Part shown: in pieces, positions 24,673-32,000 of the stretch
Position numbering within the stretch: the stretch's first letter is position 1
Layout: each line of letters opens with the position of its first letter
Source: Candidatus Omnitrophota bacterium
GTDB lineage: Bacteria; Omnitrophota; Gorgyraeia; Zapsychrales; JANLHA01
Direction of reading: 5' to 3'
Length of the DNA stretch: 32,000 bases
Assembly (NCBI GenBank): GCA_963662715.1
Contig: OY759724.1
Location: forward strand, 510,001 to 542,000
The notes under the pieces: generated by a model
Databases searched by the model: none
What the model saw: the letters and a program-made list of their open reading frames with translations, nothing else
Told to the model about the DNA's origin: nothing
Program-made: the position numbers and the translations under genes

Positions 24673-26118
24673 TTATTCCCCTGTTTTCTTCAAGGGGATA
24701 CTGACCTTAACTGCTGTTCCGTGCCCCATGGAAGAATCAATCTTACAAGTGCCCCCTAATAGCTTCGCCCTTTCCCGCATGACAGACAGGCCAAGCCCCC
24801 GGTCCAATGATTTCTTTTTCCTGATTTGTGCTCTATCAAAGCCCCCCCCATTATCTTTTATATAAATATTCAATTTCGTATCCGAATAGCTTATATTAAA
24901 TTCCACTTCTGTCGCCCGAGAGTGTTTGATGATGTTTCCAAAGGCTTCCTGAACGATTCTGTAAACATTAATTTCGTCGCCCTTTAAAGGCATTTTCTTC
25001 AAATCCCGGGATTCGAACTTAATAGTTATTCCAAAGTCTTTATGAAAACGGCTGACCATCTCCTTTATGGCCTCATTTAAACCCAGGAGTCTCAGTTGCG
25101 GAGGCACAAGGTCGTAAGAGATGCTTCTTGCCTTTTCGATACAACTATTTATATGAATTAGCATCTCGTCCAAAAACTTTTTGACGGTTGGATCGACAAT
25201 TCCCGAATCCTGTCTATAGTAAGACGCCAACATTTTTAATCCAATCAAAGACTGCCCCAAATCATCATGAATATCCAAAGCTATCCGCTTCTTTTCTTTT
25301 TCCTGCGCTTTTATTATCCTTTGAGGCAATTCTTTAATGAGTTTATCAAATTCTTTTTCTTTAGTAATATCGATAACGGCACCAACGAGTCTGTTCGGTT
25401 TACCGTTTTCATCCGGATAAATCTTTGAAATATCTTTAACATGGATATATGACCCCTTGTTATGCTTTAAGCGGTATTCCTGTTGAAACAGGTCTTGGGT
25501 CAGGGTAAGAACGGAAAGTGTCTCTGTATATTTTTCTTTATCTTCCGGGTGGATGAGATCCAGCCACTCTTTTCCATTAATTTTCTTGCGATAAGGGTTA
25601 AAGCCTAATAAATTCTCGAACATCTTTCCCCAAATAATTTCGTTATTCTCAAGATTGCGCTCGTAAACAACCTGATGTGTAACATAATTTGCTTCCTCAT
25701 AACGTGCTTTCCAGCCGGCGAGTTGTTTCTCTGTCTGTTTCAGATGGGTTATGTCCTGGCAAATTGCGATGTACTGAAATGGCTCCGATTTTTCATCCAG
25801 GAACGGAACAACTGTTGTGTCTAACCAATAGTCCTGTCTATTTTTGTTAATGTTCTTTATTTGACCTCTCCACATTTCCCCCTTTTTAACTGTCCTCCAG
25901 AGGTAATAAAAGAACCTTTTATTATGAAATCCAGAGTTTAAAACATCATATCCCTGCCCAATCAATTCCCCTCTTGTATAGCCGGATATTTCACACAACT
26001 TATTATTAACAAAGATTATCCTGCCGCTAATATCAGTGACAACAACTATCGCGGCCATATCCAGCGCATTGCGCAGATCGTTTAATCTTTTGGTCATTTG
26101 AGCAGATGTCTTATCCAT
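24673..26118 (-). CDS. cytoplasmic PAS-PAS sensor histidine kinase (HisKA_3 / HATPase_c, NarX/DegS-like class)
   Basis: 481 aa with no TM segment. Two PAS-like modules: AAIVVVTDISGRIIFVNNKLCEISGYTRGELIGQ and NNEIIWGKMFENLLGF...LVGAVIDITKEKE. H-box IALDIHDDLGQSL, N-box NIIKHSRA, G-boxes DNGGGFD and GLGLSVMRERAKLLGG. Confidence 0.92.
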   Translation of the reverse strand: MDKTSAQMTKRLNDLRNALDMAAIVVVTDISGRIIFVNNKLCEISGYTRGELIGQGYDVLNSGFHNKRFFYYLWRTVKKGEMWRGQIKNINKNRQDYWLDTTVVPFLDEKSEPFQYIAICQDITHLKQTEKQLAGWKARYEEANYVTHQVVYERNLENNEIIWGKMFENLLGFNPYRKKINGKEWLDLIHPEDKEKYTETLSVLTLTQDLFQQEYRLKHNKGSYIHVKDISKIYPDENGKPNRLVGAVIDITKEKEFDKLIKELPQRIIKAQEKEKKRIALDIHDDLGQSLIGLKMLASYYRQDSGIVDPTVKKFLDEMLIHINSCIEKARSISYDLVPPQLRLLGLNEAIKEMVSRFHKDFGITIKFESRDLKKMPLKGDEINVYRIVQEAFGNIIKHSRATEVEFNISYSDTKLNIYIKDNGGGFDRAQIRKKKSLDRGLGLSVMRERAKLLGGTCKIDSSMGHGTAVKVSIPLKKTGE

Positions 26119-26171
26119 AACTTCATCAAATCATTTATTATTAACAATTTTAACCCGGCATTTTCAGTCAT

Positions 26172-26201
26172 ATTTTACATTAGCAATAAAACTTTTAGCA
26201 A
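26172..26201 (-). promoter_or_regulatory. candidate sigma70-type promoter of the kinase/regulator/rimK array
   Basis: On the minus strand: TTGCTA (26196-26201), an 18-nt spacer, then TAAAAT (26172-26177), about 55 nt upstream of the kinase ATG. Motif match only. Confidence 0.3.
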
Positions 26202-26379
26202 ATGAAATGTAATAGGTTAAAACAGCTTCTTGAGACTGGGGCACAAAAAATCCCCAGAGCCTTTCGCCCCAGGGAGTCTTTACAACTTATTATATATAAG
26301 CAACTTATATGATTCATGGCGGGCCGGCGGCTGATATTCAGAAGTGTCGGCACAGCACCCTACTGTATCCTAAATAACG

Positions 26380-26413
26380 AAAAAGAACAATCAAAATTTT
26401 GATTGTTCTTTTT
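26380..26413. terminator. perfect 34-nt AT-rich palindrome; candidate bidirectional terminator
   Basis: AAAAAGAACAATCAAAA|TTTTGATTGTTCTTTTT is exactly self-complementary. It lies about 105 nt downstream of the MFS remnant and upstream of the kinase promoter region. Confidence 0.5.
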
Positions 26414-26517
26414 ATGGAAAGGAAAACCGCCGGCCTAACCAGGTTAGAACTTGCCTCCTGGGTCTGCCCGTCCCCTAAAATGCGCCTGACACCTCTTTTA
26501 TCATCAGACGCAAATCC

Positions 26518-27204
26518 TTATTCCATCTCCTCCAGAGTTTTTCCTTTCGTCTCTTTCACAAATTTCAAGACGAATACGATCGACAGAAACGCGCAGAACG
26601 CATAAAGCCCGTACGCGCCGAAAAGCCCTATACTGGCGAGTATCATCGGAAATGTTATGGTCACAAGAAAATTGGCGATCCATTGCACCGACGCCGCGGT
26701 CGATATCGCGGCCCCTCTGATCTTGTTATTAAACATCTCGCCAAGCATGACCCACACGCACGGGCCCCAGGAAACACCGAAGAAAAAGATATAAATATGC
26801 GCCGCTAACAGAGCCGCAATAGCTTCGCCTCTCGTCAGCTACAGCTGTCCGGTAGCCGAGACTTCAGCAAGCTTAAACACATACGTCAACGTTCCCAGCG
26901 ACAACATCATATTGGTCGAGCCGCCTAAAAGCAGGGGTTTTCTGCCGACCTTGTCGATCAGGCAGATCGCAACGATCGTCGAAATAATATTGATCATCCC
27001 TGAGATCACGTTGATAAATAATGACGCGTTCTCTGAAAAACCGGCGGCATCCCACAGGACCGCTCCATAATAAAAAATCACGTTGATACCGACAAACTGC
27101 TGAAAGATGCTTAAAAAAATACCGACAACAACGATCGGAAAAATTTTCCCTCCCGAAAAAATATCCGTAAACCTTATCATAAAACGTAAAAAAGGGGATG
27201 ACAA
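26518..27204 (-). pseudogene. sugar-porter-family MFS transporter remnant (C-terminal half only, with an in-frame TAG)
   Basis: ORFs 26839-27204 and 26518-26757 are in the same frame. My reading across the gap is ...EVSATGQL*LTRGEAIAALLAAHIYIFFFGVSWGPCVWVMLGEMFNNKIRGAAIS.... The motifs FQQFVGINVIFYY, DKVGRKPLL and SWGP..WV..EMF....RG are typical of TM7-12 of XylE/GalP-type sugar porters. No N-terminal half lies upstream. Confidence 0.85.
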
Positions 27205-27227
27205 GCGTAAGTAATTCGCCGCTTGAA

Positions 27228-27274
27228 CAAAAAACGTGCCGGGGACTAAAAAGCGCCCGGCATATTCTTTTTTT
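27228..27274. terminator. candidate bidirectional intrinsic terminator
   Basis: TGCCGGG (27237-27243) pairs with CCCGGCA (27256-27262) across a 12-nt loop. AACAAAAAAC precedes it and TATTCTTTTTTT follows. It lies between the 573-aa membrane protein gene and the 5' truncation point of the MFS remnant. Confidence 0.5.
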
Positions 27275-27481
27275 ATCCCGATTCATCCGGTCAGACAAAA
27301 GGATATCCTCGGTTGATTCCTGTATCCAAGGCTACCCTAAAATTATACTAATGTATCAATCTTTTCTATAATAATCCTTGCGGGAAAGCACCCCCCAAAA
27401 GACATAATAAATACAAATCTGCTATTTCTAGATATGCAACATAACCTTCCCTATGGGCCGAGCACTACCCCAGAAGGCGAT

Positions 27482-29203
27482 TCATGAAACATGTCGTGTA
27501 AAAAGCACGGCAGGAGGTGATGGCTTCCCTCCATAATATTTTCTGGCACGCTTGACGGCGCTTGGCCTGTCTTTGAAAACATGCAATCCGTCTCTTATCG
27601 TATAGAAAAGATAATATTTAGGTTCGTTCTCTTTATAATACTTCCTGAATAATAGCTGTATTCCATCCCCCTTTCTCGATTGCCGTTCAGAGAACTTTCC
27701 TTGTATAAAATTGACTTCATATTGCACTTCACTCCAATAAAGCACAAAAGAAAATTGACGTTCTTGTTTATGCTCCTTCACAAAGTTATCCAAAGATACG
27801 ATATAATCCCGCAAGGGGCCAAAAGCTTCTGCTAGTTGGCTGTTAAAACGATGTGATTTAACCCCATTCAGAAGGGTCGACAGGCTTAATAATACCGTCA
27901 CCAACGTTATCAGAATACGATATCGGTCCCTGATCAAATGATGTAATAAGTTTAAACAGATGTAGCCGCAAAGCGTTAAGAATAAAACAAGAAAGTAGAA
28001 ATAATAAAGGCTCGTACGAATAAGCCCTTCGCCCCCCGTTAACAGCCTGCCATTCGTAATTACTAGAACATAAAAAAGAAAGAATAGCCCCGATGTCCCC
28101 AAAAACAAGACCTGTTTGTTCCGCGTCTGTTGTTCGGTATCAAGGAGTTCGTGTTTCTTTTGCAGAATTTTATTTTTCAAAATGCTCCCGAGCAGAAAAA
28201 CAATTACCAAAAACACCACCATATATAAAAAGCTAACAAATTCGAAAAAGCCTGAAAAACTGGCCCTTAAAAAAACGCCCGCTTGCTCCCAAAAACTCGA
28301 TGAAAATCCAAGGGTTTTGGCCGATGGAACATACGTCGATCTGCATTGTGGCGCAATAACCACATAATAAGGAAAAAGAAGCCCTTGGCCTAACATGCCT
28401 GCAACCAATAGAAATCCTTTTCCTACCAACGCCACACTATAGCGAGCGGCTGGAAATGCAAGATGCAATCCTCTTAGACAATAATCTGCCAAACTGCAGA
28501 TTGAATACGCCCCCACCGGGATAAACAACAAGCAGGGATGATTAAAACGCCCCCGACATATCCCTCGCTCTTTAAGCATAAATTTACGGTCACAATAAAG
28601 CGCCAGGACAAAAATAACACAACAAAAAACGCCGAATTCATGAGTAAAACAAGTCAGGGATAATACTGCCACCATACCCCAAAGGTACTTCTTCTCCTGC
28701 TGATGGGAAGAAACATACTTGATGAAATAAAAAAAAGCTTGCATTAAAAAGATATTAAATAGAAGATTCCCGCCCATATGATGCCAAATCACCATTTCTT
28801 GGGAAAGATAAAAGACCGAAAAATGAGCAACAAAAAAACCCGCCAAAAGACTCGGCCAAATCAGATAAAAAACACATAACATCTGCCATAAAACTATCAA
28901 ATGGAGCAAAAAATTTGTGATTTGCCATAATAAAAAATCATAACGGAAGGCCCATGTTTCTAAAGAAAGGAGCCCGTAAAAAATCGGCCGGAATAGCATC
29001 CGATCCCCTGCTTCTAAACGTCGCGTCCGGGGATAAGAAAAAGAAAACATTAAGAGCTCTGGAAGACTGTCTCGATCAGATGTTTCAATTAAATAGGTCG
29101 TATGATCCCCCCTTTCCGAATGGAAGAAAGAAGGGGAAAAAACATATAAATTGACCAAGCTCAAAACAATAAAAATAAGAAATAAGGATTTATGGACTCG
29201 CAT
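27482..29203 (-). CDS. large polytopic membrane protein with a C-terminal soluble domain (GT-C-like topology, function unknown)
   Basis: 573 aa with at least 10 hydrophobic helices, followed by a soluble C-terminus of about 110 aa. I recognise no catalytic motif. It sits downstream of the MBOAT/SGNH pair. Confidence 0.7.
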   Translation of the reverse strand: MRVHKSLFLIFIVLSLVNLYVFSPSFFHSERGDHTTYLIETSDRDSLPELLMFSFSYPRTRRLEAGDRMLFRPIFYGLLSLETWAFRYDFLLWQITNFLLHLIVLWQMLCVFYLIWPSLLAGFFVAHFSVFYLSQEMVIWHHMGGNLLFNIFLMQAFFYFIKYVSSHQQEKKYLWGMVAVLSLTCFTHEFGVFCCVIFVLALYCDRKFMLKERGICRGRFNHPCLLFIPVGAYSICSLADYCLRGLHLAFPAARYSVALVGKGFLLVAGMLGQGLLFPYYVVIAPQCRSTYVPSAKTLGFSSSFWEQAGVFLRASFSGFFEFVSFLYMVVFLVIVFLLGSILKNKILQKKHELLDTEQQTRNKQVLFLGTSGLFFLFYVLVITNGRLLTGGEGLIRTSLYYFYFLVLFLTLCGYICLNLLHHLIRDRYRILITLVTVLLSLSTLLNGVKSHRFNSQLAEAFGPLRDYIVSLDNFVKEHKQERQFSFVLYWSEVQYEVNFIQGKFSERQSRKGDGIQLLFRKYYKENEPKYYLFYTIRDGLHVFKDRPSAVKRARKYYGGKPSPPAVLFTRHVS

Positions 29204-29498
29204 ATATTTTTTATTGCTGTCTTAACATTAAATTCCGGGAAACCGCACCAAATTCAAAATTCTCACTCGTCGAACAGTCTCTACGCTTAAAAATCTCCAT
29301 GGGTTTAAGCCGCGGTTTTAGGGAGGTCATAAAAAACATGTCTTCTTTCACATTATGAACTCTATTGTTGTATTATTCTATCCCCAACAAAAACCATCGC
29401 TAACTGTTCGTTATCATAAAAGTCCTTGCCCTCCCCATCCTTCTTTGAGACATTGTGAGGTCAGGTCCTCAGGATCATGGACTCACCTTTGATGTTGA

Positions 29499-30518
29499 TT
29501 ATTTTATCCGTTGCCGCATCTGCGAAAGCAACTCCCTGGTGAACCGGGCAATACCTTGCCGAGAAAGATGGTCCCCATCCATACGAAAGTCCTCAGGAGA
29601 GTTAAATGCTTCAAAAAAATCAAACGTAGCATGAATCATGTTTTGATAATCCGGATTGTTGAGGATCCTCATATCGATGTCCTCCTTGGTCACATAAGCA
29701 CGGGCCTGTTGACGGTAATACGGGAAGGACGGCGTCCGCACCAGAACAACCTTAATCCCTTTTTCCCGGCAGAGCTCAAGGATCTTTTGAAAATAATACA
29801 AGAGGATAGGGTCAAACGGTTCATTGCCATAAAACCGTTTTCTGATCTCATGGTCTATCATGTCCTGAACAGAAGCAAAATCCTTTTCGCTGATGGTCTC
29901 TTGGGCCAATCTTTTACGCATAAACAGATGCAGCGGAAAACCGATTTCCGTTGGGACCCCTTGCGGATAAACACGCTCCAATACATTGAGAAGAAAATAC
30001 TCTTTCCCGACCAGCGGATTGAGAAGCGAAGTCGACAGCTTATATCTCAGGGCCGACGGGCCCTGGACCTCCATGAGCTCGCGATAATCGATAAATTCGT
30101 TCCAAAACAATTCCGGAAGCCGTTCTGTCCGGGATGAGTTGAAACTGTGCAGGTCCAGCGGCAGGACCACGACCTTTAACTCGGGCATGTCATCCATATA
30201 GCGCTTGATCAAATAATAAGAATGCATATAGCTGGTCCCGCCGAACGAGAGGTTGAAGATCATCTGCTGATAAGGAATCAGATTGAGGCCGTCCTGAAAA
30301 TGAGAGTCACCCAAAAAGACAATCTGCACCGTATCCTTAACCTGAAGGAACGTATTCAGGACACGGTAATTCTTAGACTTGTTTTTTTCAAACTGCTTGT
30401 TGATCCCTTCCAGCACCCAGAAAGACAGCACAAACAGGATACAAAAGAACAAGACATATCCTTTATTAAGCCGATATTTTTGACTGGGCTCAAAACTGGA
30501 AATAAATGAATTCTTCAT
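29499..30518 (-). CDS. membrane-anchored SGNH/GDSL-like protein, putative acyl-transfer partner of the MBOAT
   Basis: 339 aa with an N-terminal TM anchor (YVLFFCILFVLSFWVL). Block-I-like VFLGDSHF and block-V-like MDGDHLSRQG fit a Ser-Asp-His SGNH arrangement. The ATG at 30518 overlaps the MBOAT 3' end by 29 nt. Confidence 0.75.
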   Translation of the reverse strand: MKNSFISSFEPSQKYRLNKGYVLFFCILFVLSFWVLEGINKQFEKNKSKNYRVLNTFLQVKDTVQIVFLGDSHFQDGLNLIPYQQMIFNLSFGGTSYMHSYYLIKRYMDDMPELKVVVLPLDLHSFNSSRTERLPELFWNEFIDYRELMEVQGPSALRYKLSTSLLNPLVGKEYFLLNVLERVYPQGVPTEIGFPLHLFMRKRLAQETISEKDFASVQDMIDHEIRKRFYGNEPFDPILLYYFQKILELCREKGIKVVLVRTPSFPYYRQQARAYVTKEDIDMRILNNPDYQNMIHATFDFFEAFNSPEDFRMDGDHLSRQGIARFTRELLSQMRQRIK

Positions 30519-31926
30519 AATTGGTCACTCCAAACAGCAATAGCAGGAACAGCATAACAAAATACACCACGAATTGCACCGGAGCCTTCCAGGTCAAGGT
30601 CACGAATAAATTATTTTTAATATATTGAAAAATTTGAATAATGAACAGCAGGCAAATGAAGATCAGTGTATACGACATCATGTGCTGATGCAGCATATTG
30701 CTCAAGGGCTGTCGCACAAACAGCAACGCATAGGTCATCTCCTTGACTTGTGAGAGACCTTGCGCCCGAAAAAGCAGCCATCCATAACAGGTCAGGTGGA
30801 AAAAAATAATGATTTGTAAACCAGATAAAATTTTTCTAAAAAAGTCATTCTTCACTTCCGGACATTTTTGCCTTAATGGGCTTAAGAGTCGATAACCGAC
30901 AAGTAAGCATCCCTGGTAAAACCCCCACAAGACATATGTCCAGGCCGCACCATGCCACAGTCCCCCCAAAAGCATCGTAAGCATTAGATTGCGGGCAGTA
31001 AGAATTCCTGACCCTCGGTTTCCTCCTAAGGGAATATAGAGATAGTCCTTTAACCAACTCGACAAGCTGATATGCCATCGCTGCCAAAATTCCCGAGGAT
31101 TTCTGGAGAAATACGGCTGACGAAAATTTACCATGATATCAAATCCCATCAACCGCCCCACTCCCCGGGCGATGTTGCTGTATCCGGCAAAGTCGCAGAA
31201 GATCTGAAAGGCAAAGGCATACAAGCTGACCTGAATCGTCAAACCGTTATAAGGAAACTCTTGGTTAAAGACAAGGTCGACGATCTTGGCCAGATTATCA
31301 GCAATAAACATCTTGAGGAACAGTCCCCAAAAGATAAGAAAGCAACCTTCATACAACTCATCCAATCTCAGCTTTCGCGGTCGCAAGATCTGCGGCAGGA
31401 GTCGCGAGGCACGTTCAATAGGTCCGGCAACGAGTTGCGGGAAAAAGGCTACAAACAGAGCAAAATCGAAAAATTGCCGCGTCGGCTTTAACCGTCTCCG
31501 ATAAATATCAATCGTATAACTCATGGTTTGAAACGTATAAAAGGAGATCCCCACCGGCAGTACAATGTTCAATAGTCTCGGATTCCCTTTCACGCCAATG
31601 AGACCTAAAAACTCCGCAAAGGAGTATACAAAAAAATTGCAATATTTAAAGAAACCTAACAGGGACAGGTTCACAAAGACACTAATAAACAACAGCCGCT
31701 TTCTTCGCTTAATATCCTGCGTCTCATCGATCTTTATGCTACAGAAAAAATCAACAACGGTTGAGATAAGAATAAGAGAAAGGAATCGCCAGTCCCAAAA
31801 GCCATAAAAGACATAGCTTGCAACTAGTAGCAGCCTGTTTTGTTTCCGAACATCTTTGTGAAGGATAAGATAAAGGCTGTAGACAATAACGAAAAAAAAG
31901 AAAAATTCTATAGAATTGAATAGCAC
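30490..31926 (-). CDS. MBOAT-family O-acyltransferase (AlgI/DltB/PatA-like)
   Basis: 478 aa, multi-TM. N-terminus MLFNSIEFFFFF. Conserved FWQRWHISLSSWLKDYLYIPLGGNRGS and the catalytic-His region LLGGLWHGAAW. The apparent start is GTG at 31926. Confidence 0.92.
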   Translation of the reverse strand: MLFNSIEFFFFFVIVYSLYLILHKDVRKQNRLLLVASYVFYGFWDWRFLSLILISTVVDFFCSIKIDETQDIKRRKRLLFISVFVNLSLLGFFKYCNFFVYSFAEFLGLIGVKGNPRLLNIVLPVGISFYTFQTMSYTIDIYRRRLKPTRQFFDFALFVAFFPQLVAGPIERASRLLPQILRPRKLRLDELYEGCFLIFWGLFLKMFIADNLAKIVDLVFNQEFPYNGLTIQVSLYAFAFQIFCDFAGYSNIARGVGRLMGFDIMVNFRQPYFSRNPREFWQRWHISLSSWLKDYLYIPLGGNRGSGILTARNLMLTMLLGGLWHGAAWTYVLWGFYQGCLLVGYRLLSPLRQKCPEVKNDFFRKILSGLQIIIFFHLTCYGWLLFRAQGLSQVKEMTYALLFVRQPLSNMLHQHMMSYTLIFICLLFIIQIFQYIKNNLFVTLTWKAPVQFVVYFVMLFLLLLFGVTNYEEFIYFQF

Positions 31927-32000
31927 GATATGATCACTGGTTTAATACGATGTCTTCCGGACCGTGGCCCTCTTTTAATATAGAGCGGGCCACATAAATG

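Noticed and set aside
26233-26275. Repeated CTGGGG/CCCCAG segments upstream of the kinase promoter as alternative hairpins or a riboswitch
   Set aside because: The stems are only 6 bp, no T-run follows, and the segment lies upstream of the candidate promoter rather than in the leader. It matches no known consensus.
26836-26838. In-frame TAG in the MFS gene as pyrrolysine or stop-codon reassignment
   Set aside because: TAG functions as an ordinary stop in this window (uppP ends in TAG at 748-750). The MFS gene also lacks its whole N-terminal half, so pseudogenisation is the simpler explanation.
26873-27298. 141-aa minus-strand ORF across the MFS remnant
   Set aside because: It is out of frame relative to the clearly homologous sugar-porter frame, and its Arg/Cys-rich translation has no features.
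29511-30137. 208-aa plus-strand ORF antisense to the SGNH-like gene
   Set aside because: It overlaps a motif-bearing minus-strand CDS (GDSH and DGDH blocks), and its basic, low-complexity translation is typical of an antisense frame.
1-32000. Looked for CRISPR arrays, tRNA/rRNA/tmRNA, transposases, integrases, reverse transcriptases and known defence-system signatures
   Set aside because: I found no spaced direct-repeat array, no tRNA T-loop-like GGTTCGA motif in intergenic regions, and no ORF with recombinase, RT or nuclease motifs that I could recognise.

Overview
Bacterial chromosomal segment. I saw no rRNA, tRNA, CRISPR array, transposase or integrase. Every gene I can support (about 30 CDS and 2 pseudogenes) is on the minus strand, with short gaps or ATGA overlaps between genes. 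From right to left on the minus strand: (a) 27.5-31.9 kb, a cell-envelope acylation cluster of an MBOAT O-acyltransferase, an SGNH-like partner and a 573-aa polytopic membrane protein. (b) 26.5-27.2 kb, a decayed sugar-porter MFS remnant. (c) 21.3-26.1 kb, a tight array of PAS sensor kinase, LuxR-type response regulator, RimK-type ATP-grasp ligase, helical protein, lone receiver, DUF2934 protein and SD-preceded Lys-rich micro-ORFs. (d) 17.5-21.2 kb, small envelope and housekeeping genes: CBM-like secreted protein, MarC, UPF0316, HEAT-like, PDZ and a frameshifted GNAT. (e) 7.9-17.1 kb, a two-partner secretion (TPS) operon: tpsB, a 1574-aa tpsA, then two non-canonical co-transcribed genes. These are a membrane-anchored 656-aa protein with an HPr-kinase/PEPCK-like P-loop and a secreted Ig-like protein, and the unit ends at a strong terminator. 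(f) 0-7.6 kb, TPR protein, YkgJ-type Cys-cluster protein, a MORN-variant protein coupled to a membrane protein, BASS transporter, SAM methyltransferase and uppP. The best candidate for an undescribed system is the four-gene TPS operon with the HprK-like protein. The second is the two-component/RimK array with downstream micro-ORFs ending in EEE. All family assignments come from reading motifs by eye; no database search was run.
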